NCBI GenBank assembly: GCA_963825315.1
Contig: CAWGST010000001.1
Coordinates: 2,645,460-2,709,459 of the forward strand
Source of the DNA: an uncultured Verrucomicrobiae bacterium
GTDB taxonomy: Bacteria; Verrucomicrobiota; Verrucomicrobiia; Limisphaerales; Palsa-1400
Reading direction: 5' to 3'
DNA: 64,000 nucleotides
The notes beneath the pieces were generated by a model. It was not told the DNA's origin and did not search any database. It saw only the letters and a program-made list of their open reading frames with translations. The position numbers were made by a program, and so were the translations under genes. This document shows, one piece after another, positions 9,985 to 19,758 of the stretch. The first letter of the stretch is position 1, and each line of letters begins with the position of its first letter.

Positions 9985-11929
9985 CACGGCTGGCTCATGA
10001 GGAAGTGGAAGTTGCCTAAAGACAGGAGGTTATTCACTTTGGACTGGACACCGGTTTGAAACTTTTTTAACCTGTGGACATGTCGAAACCTACTCGCATG
10101 CCGCAAGCCAGCGAACAAGTCGTGTTGGAGGAACTCCAAGTTGAGTTGGTCAACCTGGACGAGTTGCCGCGATTTCAGTCGTTGCTGCGACGGCATCATT
10201 ATCTTGGAGGGATCAAGCCGGTGGGCGAGCGGCTCTATTATGTGGCCGCCTGGCGCGGCCAGTGGCTGGCCTTGTTGGTCTTTTGTGCAGCGGCCAAACA
10301 TTTGCGTCATCGGGAGAAATGGATTGGCTGGACGGAAGCGCAGCGGCGCAAGCGGTTGGGCTTGGTCACGAACAATGCGCGTTTTTTGGTTCTGCCGCAG
10401 TGTCACTATCCCAACCTGGCGACGCGGGTCATGGGTCTGTGTTTGGGGCGGTTGCCGCGGGACTGGCAGGCGCGCTACGGTCATCCGGTGTGGCTGGCAG
10501 AGAGCTTTGTTGACACGCAGTTGTTTCGGGGCACGGCCTACAAAGCCAGCGGCTGGACCGAACTGGGACCGACCCAAGGCTATGGCCGTTGCCAGCAGGA
10601 CTACTATGTCAAACATGACCGGCCCAAAGCGCTCTTTATCAAAGAACTCAAGCAGAACGCCCGACGCAGTTTGTGCGCCGACCACCTGCCGGCGGCGATG
10701 GCGGTGGTGGTGGAAAGCAAGGTTCCGCCGCCGCCGATGATGCGCACGGGAGAACTGCGCTCGTTGCGCGATCATTTTGCCTCGGTGCCGGACTTTCGCG
10801 GACGGGTGGAAAGCTATCCATTGAGCGGCGCGCTGGCCATGGTGGCCTGCGCCCATCTCTGCGGCGCTCCGCGCGGCCACCGGGACCTGAAGGCATTTGC
10901 GCGGCGTTTTACCCAGGCGCAGTTGCGTGCCTTGGGGGTGCGGCGCGATCCCAAGACCGGTCGCTATCCTTCTCCCAGCAAAGCCACTTTCGGGCGGGTG
11001 TTGCAGGCGGTTGATCCGCTCCGGGTGGAAGCGGCGTTGCTGGACTGGCAGGCCCAGGTGCGAGGCCCGGCACCGCCGGGGCAGTCGCTGGCCGCTGATG
11101 GCAAGGAGCTGCGTCACGCGCAAGGCGCACAAGTGGTTACGCTCACTCACCCGGCCAGTCAATATTATCGCGGCAGCCAGTTGGTTGAGACCAAGTCCAA
11201 TGAAATCCCCGCCGTGCGTCAGTTGCTGGAGCGGGTGGAGGTGGCGGGGTCTCTGATCGGCATTGACGCCTTACATACCCAGCAGGAGACGGCGCGGCAA
11301 ATCGTGCAGGAAGCCGGGGCCGATTATTTATTGACGGTCAAAGCCAACCAAAAAGAACTGCGCCAGACCCTGGCCCAACGGCTGCCCAAACCGGAGCAGC
11401 TTTTTTCCCCCTCCAGAGCCGTTGCCGCCGCCTTGGGCACACACGGGGCCACAGAAGAATCGGGGCCGCAAAGAAATCCGCACCCTTTGCGCATCGGTCA
11501 TTAACCCGGAGCAAGCCTGCTTCCCGGGAGCAGCCCAAAGCGCGATCGTTCTGCGACAGGGCTTGGGCGATAAGCCCGACACCCAGTATCTGCTGACCAG
11601 CCGCGAGCCGGAACGCTTGCCCGCCCGCCAGTGGCTCGACGAGCAACGCAATTATTGGGGCATCGAAGCCGGATTGCACCAGCGCTTGGACGTGAGCGCC
11701 GACGAGGATCGCAGCCGGGTACGCCATCGCAACGCCGCCTGGGTTTTGAGTATGTTCCGCCGCATCAGCGTGAGCCTGTTCATGCACTGGCGCGCGCAAA
11801 ACTCCAGACGGGCCAAGGCCACCTTGCCCGATTTCCACGAAGAAATGGGCTTGGACCATCAGCGCCGTGCCTTCGCCCTCGTCAACTCGAAGAAATCCAC
11901 AGCTTTGGAGGGTTCATGAGCCAGCCGTG
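9985..11929 (+). mobile_element. ISAs1-family insertion sequence, complete
   Basis: Perfect 16-bp terminal inverted repeats CACGGCTGGCTCATGA (9985-10000) and TCATGAGCCAGCCGTG (11914-11929). 9-bp target duplication CCCCGGCCC (9976-9984 and 11930-11938). Confidence 0.93.
10074..11919 (+). CDS. DUF4338 (DruA-like) fused to ISAs1 DDE transposase, split over two frames at ~11401-11411
   Basis: N-terminal HHYLG..GERLYY / NNARFLVLP / AESFVD..GTAYKASGW. Transposase motifs ADGKELR, KSNEIPA, IDALHTQ, VKANQ. The second ORF (+1 frame) carries KNRGRKEIR, RNYWGIEAGLHQRLDV..EDRSR. Confidence 0.85.
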
Positions 11930-11994
11930 CCCCGGCCCTGTTCAAGCAATTAAAGCGTTGCCAGCGCCGCCCAAAAACGCTATCAATCATAATC

Positions 11995-12483
11995 ATGCCA
12001 ACAGTCGGCGAACAACTGCGCGCGGCGCGCGAGACGCAGAAATTGGAAATTCACCAGGTGGCGGATTGGACCAAGATCCGCAGCGACCATATTCGCGCCC
12101 TGGAGGAAGGCAATTACAGTGTTTTTTCCGCCCCGGTTTACATTCGCGGTTTTGTGCGCACTTATGCCACTCTCTTGAAACTCGATTCCGCGCAAATCCT
12201 TCAGCAACTCAGTCGTGAACTGGCCAGTTCCGGACAGCAGGAACCCTGTTTGTCCCAGCCCGCCAGCGGCGCGCTGGATGACGCCATGTTCCATTTTTCA
12301 AAGTTCGTCCGGCGGCTGGCCTTGCCCGCGGTGGGGACGCTTCTGATCCTGGCGGCGGTCGCCGTCTCTTATTTCGTCTGGCTGCGTTACCAACACAAGG
12401 ATCCGTTGGAGGGCTTGGGGCCGGGTCTGTATCAAGCGCCGCCAGCCGGCGAAACCCTGCCCCTGCCCAAACCCGCCAGTTAG
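11995..12483 (+). CDS. RodZ-like helix-turn-helix membrane protein
   Basis: GEQLRAARE..TKIRSDHIRALEEG..YIRGFVRTYA followed by one TM helix. Confidence 0.85.
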   Translation: MPTVGEQLRAARETQKLEIHQVADWTKIRSDHIRALEEGNYSVFSAPVYIRGFVRTYATLLKLDSAQILQQLSRELASSGQQEPCLSQPASGALDDAMFHFSKFVRRLALPAVGTLLILAAVAVSYFVWLRYQHKDPLEGLGPGLYQAPPAGETLPLPKPAS

Positions 12484-12522
12484 CACGTTTGCCTTTTCTG
12501 CCCGGCCCCGTAAGTTGTCCCC

Positions 12523-14157
12523 GTGACGAAAACGCCAACAACAACGCCCGTGCGCGTCGGACTCATTTCCCTCGGTTGCGCCAAAAACCTGGCCGATGCG
12601 GAAATCATGCTCGGCTCCCTCCTCAAGGCCGGATTGGAAATCACCAACGAAGCCAGCCAGGCGGACGTTGTCATTGTCAATACCTGTTCCTTTATTGACG
12701 CCGCCCAGGAAGAAAGCGTCGATGCCATTTTGCAATCCGCCGAGGTGCGCGCGCAGACCCGGCCCGGCCAGGGCCTGATCGTCTCCGGCTGCCTGCCGCA
12801 ACGCTATCGCGACGTTTTGCCCGCTCTCCTGCCGGAAGTCGATGCCTTCATGGGCATCGATCAAGTCGCGCAGGCGGCGGAGATTGTCCGGCAGGCCCTG
12901 GCGCGGCGGCGGGAGAAACTGGCCCGCCCGGCAAAAAATCCTGGCGCGCGGGCAAAATCCAGGGAACAGATTGCGCGTCGCATCGCGCAACTGGACCGCG
13001 CAAAACCGGCCCCGGCCGAAGCGCCGCCCGCCGCTCCGCTCCTCCAGGTCAACCTGCGGCCCGGTTACATTCCCGATTTTGCCACGCCGCGCTTCCGGCT
13101 GACGCCCAAACATTTTGCTTACGTGAAGATTGCCGAGGGCTGCAATCATCCGTGCAGTTTTTGCATCATTCCCCGCATGCGCGGCTCCCATCGCAGCCGC
13201 GGCCAGGCCGACATCCTCCAGGAGGCCCGGCAACTCATCGCCGACGGCGTCAAGGAACTGAATCTCATTTCGCAGGACTCGACCTACTACGGCCTGGACC
13301 TGCGGCCCAACGCCAGCCGCGCCATTTCCTCGCCGGAAAGATTCTCCGCCACCGCCAAATCGCTCGCCGCCGGAGCAACGACCCTTTGCACGCTCCTGCG
13401 CGAACTCAACGGGTTGCCCGGCCATTTCTGGGTGCGGCTGCTTTACACCCACCCCGCCCACTGGACCGATGAGCTGATTGAAACGATTGCCCAATGCCCG
13501 AAAGTGGCGCGCTACGTGGACATGCCGCTGCAACATATTCATCCAAACATGCTCGAACGCATGCGCCGCGAAACCTCGTCGCAGTACATCGCAGACTTGA
13601 TCGCAAAAATTCGGGCGGGCATTCCCGGCATTGCCATTCGCACCACATTCATCGTCGGTTTCCCGGGCGAAACAGAGGCGTGTTTCCAGACTTTGCTCGA
13701 CTTCATCGCCGAAACCCGGTTCGAGCGGATGGGCGTCTTCACCTATTCCCGGCAAGACGGCACACGCGCCGGCAAAATGGAAGCCCAAATTCCCGACACG
13801 ATCAAAAAGCGCCGTCAAAAGCTGGCCATGGCCGAACAATTGAAAATCGCGCGCGGCATCTCGCAATCTTTTGTTGGCCGGGAGATGGAAGTCCTGGTCG
13901 AACGGCAAGCGCATTGGCGGGATCTACCCAAGGACAACGTCAGCTCGTGGGAGCACGGATTGATTCGTTCCTCCGCAGCGGCGGCGGAAGGCCCGCAATC
14001 CGCCCGGCGCGGCCCATTCCTGATCGCGCGCGGCCAGGCCGACGCGCCGGACATTGATGGGCGCGTCTATATCCGCGGCAAGCTGGAAGCGGGCCAGTTT
14101 GCCCGCGTCAAAATCACCGGCCACACCGACTACGATTTGGTTGCCGAACCCCTCTGA
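12523..14157 (+). CDS. rimO: Ribosomal protein S12 methylthiotransferase
   Basis: SLGCAKNLAD, VNTCSFI, radical-SAM CxxxCxxC (EGCNHPCSFCIIP) and TRAM-end DAPDIDG. Confidence 0.95.
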   Translation: MTKTPTTTPVRVGLISLGCAKNLADAEIMLGSLLKAGLEITNEASQADVVIVNTCSFIDAAQEESVDAILQSAEVRAQTRPGQGLIVSGCLPQRYRDVLPALLPEVDAFMGIDQVAQAAEIVRQALARRREKLARPAKNPGARAKSREQIARRIAQLDRAKPAPAEAPPAAPLLQVNLRPGYIPDFATPRFRLTPKHFAYVKIAEGCNHPCSFCIIPRMRGSHRSRGQADILQEARQLIADGVKELNLISQDSTYYGLDLRPNASRAISSPERFSATAKSLAAGATTLCTLLRELNGLPGHFWVRLLYTHPAHWTDELIETIAQCPKVARYVDMPLQHIHPNMLERMRRETSSQYIADLIAKIRAGIPGIAIRTTFIVGFPGETEACFQTLLDFIAETRFERMGVFTYSRQDGTRAGKMEAQIPDTIKKRRQKLAMAEQLKIARGISQSFVGREMEVLVERQAHWRDLPKDNVSSWEHGLIRSSAAAAEGPQSARRGPFLIARGQADAPDIDGRVYIRGKLEAGQFARVKITGHTDYDLVAEPL

Positions 14158-14335
14158 CGGCGCGAATCGGTTTTGAGTGGGACTTCTTGCCACGAAGGGC
14201 GAAGCGACAGCCGGCAGGGAGACTCGGAAGCCCCTCACCGCATTCCCCGCAATTCCTTGGGTATTCGTGCCTGGACATTGGTCATTCCTTTTTGCTTGGC
14301 ATCGGCTCTCTCGCATCCTCTATCCTCCCGCGCTA

Positions 14336-15901
14336 ATGGCAAGTTCACCCGCCAACTTTTTAAACGCCGCGGATTGGGGCATCATCGTTCTTTATTTGGG
14401 AGGCATCATCGCGCTGGGCAGTTGGTTTGGCAGGGACCAGCACAATACGCGCGATTATTTCCTCGGCAGCAGGGATATTCCGTGGTGGGGCATCGGGTTT
14501 TCCATTGTGGCGGCGGAAACCAGCGCGCTGACCATCATCGGCGTGCCGGCCATGTCTTACGCCAGCCGGGGCGATTTGTCGTTTCTGCAATTGATCATCG
14601 GTTATGTCATCGCCCGGATCATTTTGGCGGTCGTCATGGCGCCGCATTATTTCAAGGGGGAAATTTATTCGCCCTACCAGCTTTTTTCCAATGCCTTCGG
14701 AAACGGCGCGCGTCAGACGGCCGGCGGGTTCTTCTTGTTGAGTGAGACTTTGGCGGCGGGCGTGCGGGTCTATGTCGCCTGCATCCCCGTCAAGTTGATG
14801 CTTGGCGACAAATGGCTGGCCGCTTTTGGCGGCGGCGATCCGATTCTGGGCGCCATTGTTTTGTTCGTCGTTTTGTCGCTGGTCTATACCTGTATCGGCG
14901 GGGTCAAGGCGGTCATCTGGACCGATGCGGTTCAGTTCGGACTTTTTTTGTTGGGCGGCCTGTTCACCTTGTTTTATATCCCGCGCTTTTTTCCGCACGG
15001 GGCCGGGGAAGTGTTTCGCATGGCGGCGGCGGCGGGAAAACTGCACTGGCTCAATGCCCGCGTCGATGCCTCCACCCTGTGGCGGGAGCCGATCAACATC
15101 TGGATGGGCGTTATTGGCGGCACGGTCATGGTCATGTCTTCGCATGGGGCGGAGCAGTTGATCGTGCAGCGGGTGCTGGCCTGCAAGACCGTGGCCGACG
15201 GACGCAAGGCGCTGGCCTTGAGCGCCGTCGTCATCTTTCCGCTCTTTCTCATCTTTTTGCTCGTGGGGGTCATGCTGTGGGTTTATTACCAAAAATTCCC
15301 CCTGGCCATGCCGATTCCCGAAGTGCGCCCGCACAGCGGCATCCAGGCCAACGATTTCATTTATCCGATCTTCATGCTCACCGGTGTGCCGCATGTGTTG
15401 AAGGGCCTGCTGATCGTGGCCATTCTGGCGGCGGCGATGTCCTCGGTCAGTTCGGCGCTCACCTCGCTGGCCTCGGTTTCGACGATGGACTTTGTCAAGA
15501 AACTATTGCCGGACCGGTCGGAGGCATTTTTCCTGCGCTTCAGCAAAATCTCGACCATTGTGTGGGCGGGGGCATTGATTTTTGTGGCCTATTTGAGCCG
15601 GGAAGTGGCGTTCGTGCTGGAGGTGGCCTTCAAGTTGCGCGGGTTGACCAGCGGCGCTTTGCTGGGCGGTTTGTTGCTGGCGCTCTTTTGGAAACACGGC
15701 GCCGCCGCGCCCGTGATCACGGGAATGCTTTGTTCGCTGGCCGTGATGACCTGGATCAGCCCGCTGGCGCAGGAGCATCTTCCGCCAAGCTGGCCGCATC
15801 TCCCCATCGTGATCGCGTTTCCGTGGTACACCCTCATCGGTTCCTCGGTGACGCTGGCCGTGGCTTTCATAATGTCGAAGCTGATGCCGAAAACCGGCTA
15901 G
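14336..15901 (+). CDS. Sodium:solute symporter (SSS) family transporter
   Basis: YFLGSR..PWW..SIVAAETS, GGVKAVIWTDAVQ and AAAMSSVSSALTSLA motifs; many TM helices. Confidence 0.9.
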   Translation: MASSPANFLNAADWGIIVLYLGGIIALGSWFGRDQHNTRDYFLGSRDIPWWGIGFSIVAAETSALTIIGVPAMSYASRGDLSFLQLIIGYVIARIILAVVMAPHYFKGEIYSPYQLFSNAFGNGARQTAGGFFLLSETLAAGVRVYVACIPVKLMLGDKWLAAFGGGDPILGAIVLFVVLSLVYTCIGGVKAVIWTDAVQFGLFLLGGLFTLFYIPRFFPHGAGEVFRMAAAAGKLHWLNARVDASTLWREPINIWMGVIGGTVMVMSSHGAEQLIVQRVLACKTVADGRKALALSAVVIFPLFLIFLLVGVMLWVYYQKFPLAMPIPEVRPHSGIQANDFIYPIFMLTGVPHVLKGLLIVAILAAAMSSVSSALTSLASVSTMDFVKKLLPDRSEAFFLRFSKISTIVWAGALIFVAYLSREVAFVLEVAFKLRGLTSGALLGGLLLALFWKHGAAAPVITGMLCSLAVMTWISPLAQEHLPPSWPHLPIVIAFPWYTLIGSSVTLAVAFIMSKLMPKTG

Positions 15902-15999
15902 AACAACCAACATCCCGGGTGACTCATGATGAGAAGAAAGTTATTGCCAGGCAACGGCTTATGAATCAAAGGCCATCCCGATTTTCCGCTTCTGATCAA

Positions 16000-16239
16000 T
16001 CAAAACAACTCGTCAGGCAGAGGAAGATTCCGGCACAAACTGCCAACCTCGCGTCCGATAATTTTGGCAATTGCGCACAATTTTTTGAAGGACGGATTGC
16101 GCTGACCCCTTTCAACTCCGCCAATATAGCTGGGTGCAGTATTCGACGCCAGCGCGAGCTCCTCCTGGCACAGCCCTTTGACTTTGCGCGCGTGTCGAAT
16201 CCTTTCTCCCAAGAGTTGGAGGGAAGCCGATCTTTTCAA
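16000..16239 (-). CDS. XRE-family HTH transcriptional regulator
   Basis: GERIRHARKVKGLCQEELA...YIGGVERGQRNPS. Confidence 0.85.
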   Translation of the reverse strand: MKRSASLQLLGERIRHARKVKGLCQEELALASNTAPSYIGGVERGQRNPSFKKLCAIAKIIGREVGSLCRNLPLPDELF

Positions 16240-16338
16240 TCAAAGCAGGGTCGGCCAAAGCGCAATTTTTCGTCCAGTCACTATGGTAATAGTTTTGTGC
16301 TAGCATTAAATTCGGAACAGCCCATTATCCGGAAAGAT

Positions 16339-17703
16339 ATGAAGAAAACATTTGCCATTGCGCTGGCGATCCTTCTTGCATTCAGCCTCTCCTTACGCGC
16401 TCAGACAGAAACGGGGTCGCCAGTCCCGCCCGATGAGGTACCGCAATACGGCACGTTTTTTTCCGCTCAAAATTGGCCGCCGATGCCTTATGATTGGGCT
16501 CCAGATTTGCCGGTTTATTCACTCGGCCAGGGTCTGTTCGTGATCGACGACAGTTCGCTAAATTACTCCAACCCTGGCGCATTGGGAGGCGCATGGCGAC
16601 GAGGCGCAGATGAAAGGGCACGTTCCATGGATGACAGCGGCGTGCCTGCGCCGCCCGGCGATGGCGGCGGCGGCACGAATGCGTCCGGCGGGGAGGGCGG
16701 GTCGAGTTTTTCCGCCCAGGTGTTCACAACGAATGATTTATGGCTGGAAATCGACTCGGTGACGAATCAGACGGCTGCGTTAGTCATTCATCCGCCGTGG
16801 AATGTGACCAATGGCGTTTACGGTTTATATTTCACGACGAATCTGGCGATTCCTTACGATTGGATTTGGTTACTGGCATCCACTGCGGGTCAAACGAATC
16901 TTGTGGCGGGCAATCTGCCGCCGGCGCAAGGCTTTTTTATGCTGGGACCCCCAACTGCCATCCGCCCCGGCTTCACCAACAACAGTTTGGCTCCGAACGA
17001 TGATGACTGTTCTGGTCTCGTCTCCGGCAATGACCTCGACTATTTAACAAATTTATTAGCAACAATAGGTTTCCCCGTCAATTTCTTTGGCACATGTTAC
17101 ACCAATCTTAATGTGAACAATAATGGCAACGTAACTTTTGATACTGTTCTACCGAATTTTACACCCACAAATCTCGTCGATCTTGTCACAAGTGATATTG
17201 TCCCAGGTATTATCGCCCCATTTTGGGCGGACGTGGATACAAGAGGAACTAATTCGGGTGTGGTGACCTATGGCTCCGGCACTGTCGATGGCCAGATCGC
17301 TTTCGGGGTCAATTGGATTGATGTCGGCTATTTCGATGAAGAGGATGACAAACTAAATTCATTTCAGTTGGTCCTGATGGACCGGTCTGCTCGGACGAAC
17401 GGAGATTTTGATCTTGAGTTTAACTACGCTCAGCTCCAATGGGAAGCAGGTGATGCCAGCGGAGGTTGTGATGGTTTATGGACCGGCTTTGATTGTGACG
17501 GACATGATTTGGGTGGTTCTGCGGCTCGAGCGGGCTATGCCGGCGCAGGCGGTGAAGCGTTTGAACTGGAAGGATCGGGAACTGGCGGCGCATTTCTGGA
17601 CACGAATACAGTGACCGGATTGATTTACACCAACTTCAACAGCACCGTGCCGGGACGATATGTTTTTCAGTTTCACAATGGCGTTCCATTGGGAACGCCT
17701 TGA
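16339..17703 (+). CDS. Secreted protein with C-terminal nidogen-like (NIDO) domain
   Basis: Signal peptide MKKTFAIALAILLAFSLSLRA. NIDO-like motifs VNNNGNVTF, IAPFWADVDTR, NSFQLVL, FNYAQLQW. Confidence 0.75.
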   Translation: MKKTFAIALAILLAFSLSLRAQTETGSPVPPDEVPQYGTFFSAQNWPPMPYDWAPDLPVYSLGQGLFVIDDSSLNYSNPGALGGAWRRGADERARSMDDSGVPAPPGDGGGGTNASGGEGGSSFSAQVFTTNDLWLEIDSVTNQTAALVIHPPWNVTNGVYGLYFTTNLAIPYDWIWLLASTAGQTNLVAGNLPPAQGFFMLGPPTAIRPGFTNNSLAPNDDDCSGLVSGNDLDYLTNLLATIGFPVNFFGTCYTNLNVNNNGNVTFDTVLPNFTPTNLVDLVTSDIVPGIIAPFWADVDTRGTNSGVVTYGSGTVDGQIAFGVNWIDVGYFDEEDDKLNSFQLVLMDRSARTNGDFDLEFNYAQLQWEAGDASGGCDGLWTGFDCDGHDLGGSAARAGYAGAGGEAFELEGSGTGGAFLDTNTVTGLIYTNFNSTVPGRYVFQFHNGVPLGTP

Positions 17704-17727
17704 CAAAAGGCCATTCAACTTTATAAT
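17700..17727 (+). promoter_or_regulatory. Consensus sigma70 promoter, probably giving a leaderless mRNA
   Basis: TTGACA (17700-17705), 16-nt spacer, TATAAT (17722-17727), then ATG at 17733 with no Shine-Dalgarno. Confidence 0.7.
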
Positions 17728-17732
17728 AAAAT

Positions 17733-18332
17733 ATGAAACCGTATATGACTTTGAAAGCCAGCATGGTTCTAGCTGCTTTGGCATTGTCATGCTTCCCACA
17801 ATCGGCCACAGCTCAAGGCAATCTTGTGTTTAATGGTGGTTTCGATACCAGTGCTTCAGGCTGGACGTTGACGGGCACGACGGGCATTGCCTTCTACAAC
17901 GTCAAAAATGGAAATCCGCCCGGCGATGTTGTCCTCGAAGGCTTAACAGCTTCAGCAACCCAAACAGTCAACGGTTTAATCGCTGGCACTAGCTATATCG
18001 TGTCAGGAGATTACCAAGGCCTTGATGGATCTCTTTCCGCGAGTCCGAATTTTGAAGTGACAATGAATGGCACCATATTGTTTGAAACCGTCTTTTCCGG
18101 AAACGTCAACTGGGAGAACTTTGGTGTTCTCTATACCGCTTCCTCATCGGATGCCGTTCTAACCATTCTTGCATCCAGCTCGTATTGCGGTATTGACAAC
18201 ATCTCCGTGGAAGCTGTTCCCGAACCAGACAGTCTTTGCTTGATTGGCGTTGGCGGAATGATGAGCGCAATGTTTTTCAGGAATCGTCGGGAAAAGTTTA
18301 TCAGTGCCGGGAAATGGGTGTTCCCGGCTTGA
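17733..18332 (+). CDS. PEP-CTERM sorting-domain surface protein
   Basis: Signal peptide, NLVFNGGFD sugar-binding-like start, and C-terminal VPEP + TM + RNRR. Confidence 0.85.
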   Translation: MKPYMTLKASMVLAALALSCFPQSATAQGNLVFNGGFDTSASGWTLTGTTGIAFYNVKNGNPPGDVVLEGLTASATQTVNGLIAGTSYIVSGDYQGLDGSLSASPNFEVTMNGTILFETVFSGNVNWENFGVLYTASSSDAVLTILASSSYCGIDNISVEAVPEPDSLCLIGVGGMMSAMFFRNRREKFISAGKWVFPA

Positions 18333-18516
18333 TGGGAGCAGTGAAACTTTTCTGGCCAGGTCGGTTCCATGGATTTCCAAAACTTCCACACGTTTCTAAA
18401 CGCTTGTTTGCCGCAGAGGAACGTGCAAGGTGTCAGGCAAGGTGTCAGGCAAGCGTCAGTTCTCTCTTTTTAAAGTGAAGCTGACTGGAAAAATGAACTT
18501 CACCGCTGCTCTTTGG

Positions 18517-18589
18517 CAGAATTGAAATTATGGCGATCACACCCCGGCAATTCGAGCAGATCCAGGCGAGGCTGAGCGGCTCAAAGCGC
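18517..18589 (+). repeat. 73-bp direct repeat copy 1 (duplicated ruvC 5' end)
   Basis: Matches 19686-19758 with 2 mismatches and includes ATGGCGATCACACCCCGG. Confidence 0.9.
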
Positions 18590-18633
18590 CGCCGCCAAAG
18601 GGTCAGCAGCAACTTTTTTAACGGAGAAAAGCC

Positions 18634-19659
18634 ATGCCCAAAAAGAAATCAGATCAATCTCAGGTAGTGCTATATCAGACCCCCGATGGAAGGGTAACCG
18701 TAAACGTGCTGTTTGCGCGGGATAATTTTTGGCTGACACAGCGGACAATGGCCGATCTTTTTGGCGTAAAGATACCCGCAGTAAACAAGCACCTGAAAAA
18801 CATCTACGCGAGCGGGGAACTGACGCCGGGGGCAACTATTTCCAAAATGGAAATAGCTCAACTTGAAGGTGGCCGCCAAATCTCACGCGAAATCGAGTTC
18901 TACAATCTGGACGCTGTGATTGCCGTGGGATACCGGGTCAATTCCATCAAGGCGACGCATTTTCGGATTTGGGCGACAAACACCTTGCGGGAATACATCG
19001 TCAAGGGGTTTGTCCTCAACGATCAACTGCTCAAGAACGGGCGGGAATTCGGCAAGGATTATTTCGACGAGTTATTGGAGAAAATCCGCGAAATCCGAGC
19101 CAGCGAGCGGCGGGCTTATCAGAAGATCGCGGACGTATTCGAGCAGTGCAGCAGCGATTACCGGGGCAACAGCGAGGAAACGGAGTTGTTCTACAAGATG
19201 GTTCAAAACCAGCTTCACTTTGCGACCACCGGCAAAACCGCCGCCGAAATCGTTTATCAGCGGGCGGACAGCGACAGGCCGTTCATGGGGCTGACGACTT
19301 GGAAGAATTCGCCCCAAGGCAAGATTCTCAAGGGCGATGTAACCATAGCAAAGAATTACCTGAACCAGGTTGAAGTTTCAAAACTGAACCGGCTGGTGGG
19401 CATGTTCATAGATTATGCGGAGGTGCGGGCATTGAACCGGCAGGTGATGACGATGAAGGACTGGTTGAAGCAGGTCGAAAAGTTTTTGAACTATACGGAT
19501 CAGCAGGTGCTTCGTCACGCCGGGAAAATCTCGCATGAAATGGCGGTGGCGAAGGCACATGGGGAATTTGAAAAATATCGGGTGAAACAGGACGTGGAAT
19601 ATATCTCGGACTTCGATCAGGCATTGGCGCGATATCTGAAAGGGAAAAACGAACCATGA
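18634..19659 (+). CDS. RhuM-family protein
   Basis: VVLYQTPDG, WLTQRTMADLF, YNLDAVIAVGYRVNS..ATHFRIWAT, KGFVLND, DYFDELLEKIREIRASERRAYQKI. Confidence 0.85.
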   Translation: MPKKKSDQSQVVLYQTPDGRVTVNVLFARDNFWLTQRTMADLFGVKIPAVNKHLKNIYASGELTPGATISKMEIAQLEGGRQISREIEFYNLDAVIAVGYRVNSIKATHFRIWATNTLREYIVKGFVLNDQLLKNGREFGKDYFDELLEKIREIRASERRAYQKIADVFEQCSSDYRGNSEETELFYKMVQNQLHFATTGKTAAEIVYQRADSDRPFMGLTTWKNSPQGKILKGDVTIAKNYLNQVEVSKLNRLVGMFIDYAEVRALNRQVMTMKDWLKQVEKFLNYTDQQVLRHAGKISHEMAVAKAHGEFEKYRVKQDVEYISDFDQALARYLKGKNEP

Positions 19660-19685
19660 CCCGTCACGTCAAACGGGCTAGCTAA

Positions 19686-19758
19686 CAGAATTAAAATTAT
19701 GGCGATCACACCCCGGCAATTCGAGCAGATCCAAGCGAGGCTGAGCGGCTCAAAGCGC
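19686..19758 (+). repeat. 73-bp direct repeat copy 2 (start of intact ruvC)
   Basis: Matches 18517-18589. Confidence 0.9.

Noticed and set aside
9870-11162. Long antisense ORFs (for example 9870..11162, 12298..13914, 56240..58096, 32404..33744)
   Set aside because: These are shadow frames of well-supported genes in GC-rich DNA with no recognisable motifs.
14812-16338. 963-aa ORF 14812..17703 as one protein
   Set aside because: The 5' half overlaps the SSS transporter in another frame and the XRE gene on the other strand. A signal peptide at 16339 marks the real start.
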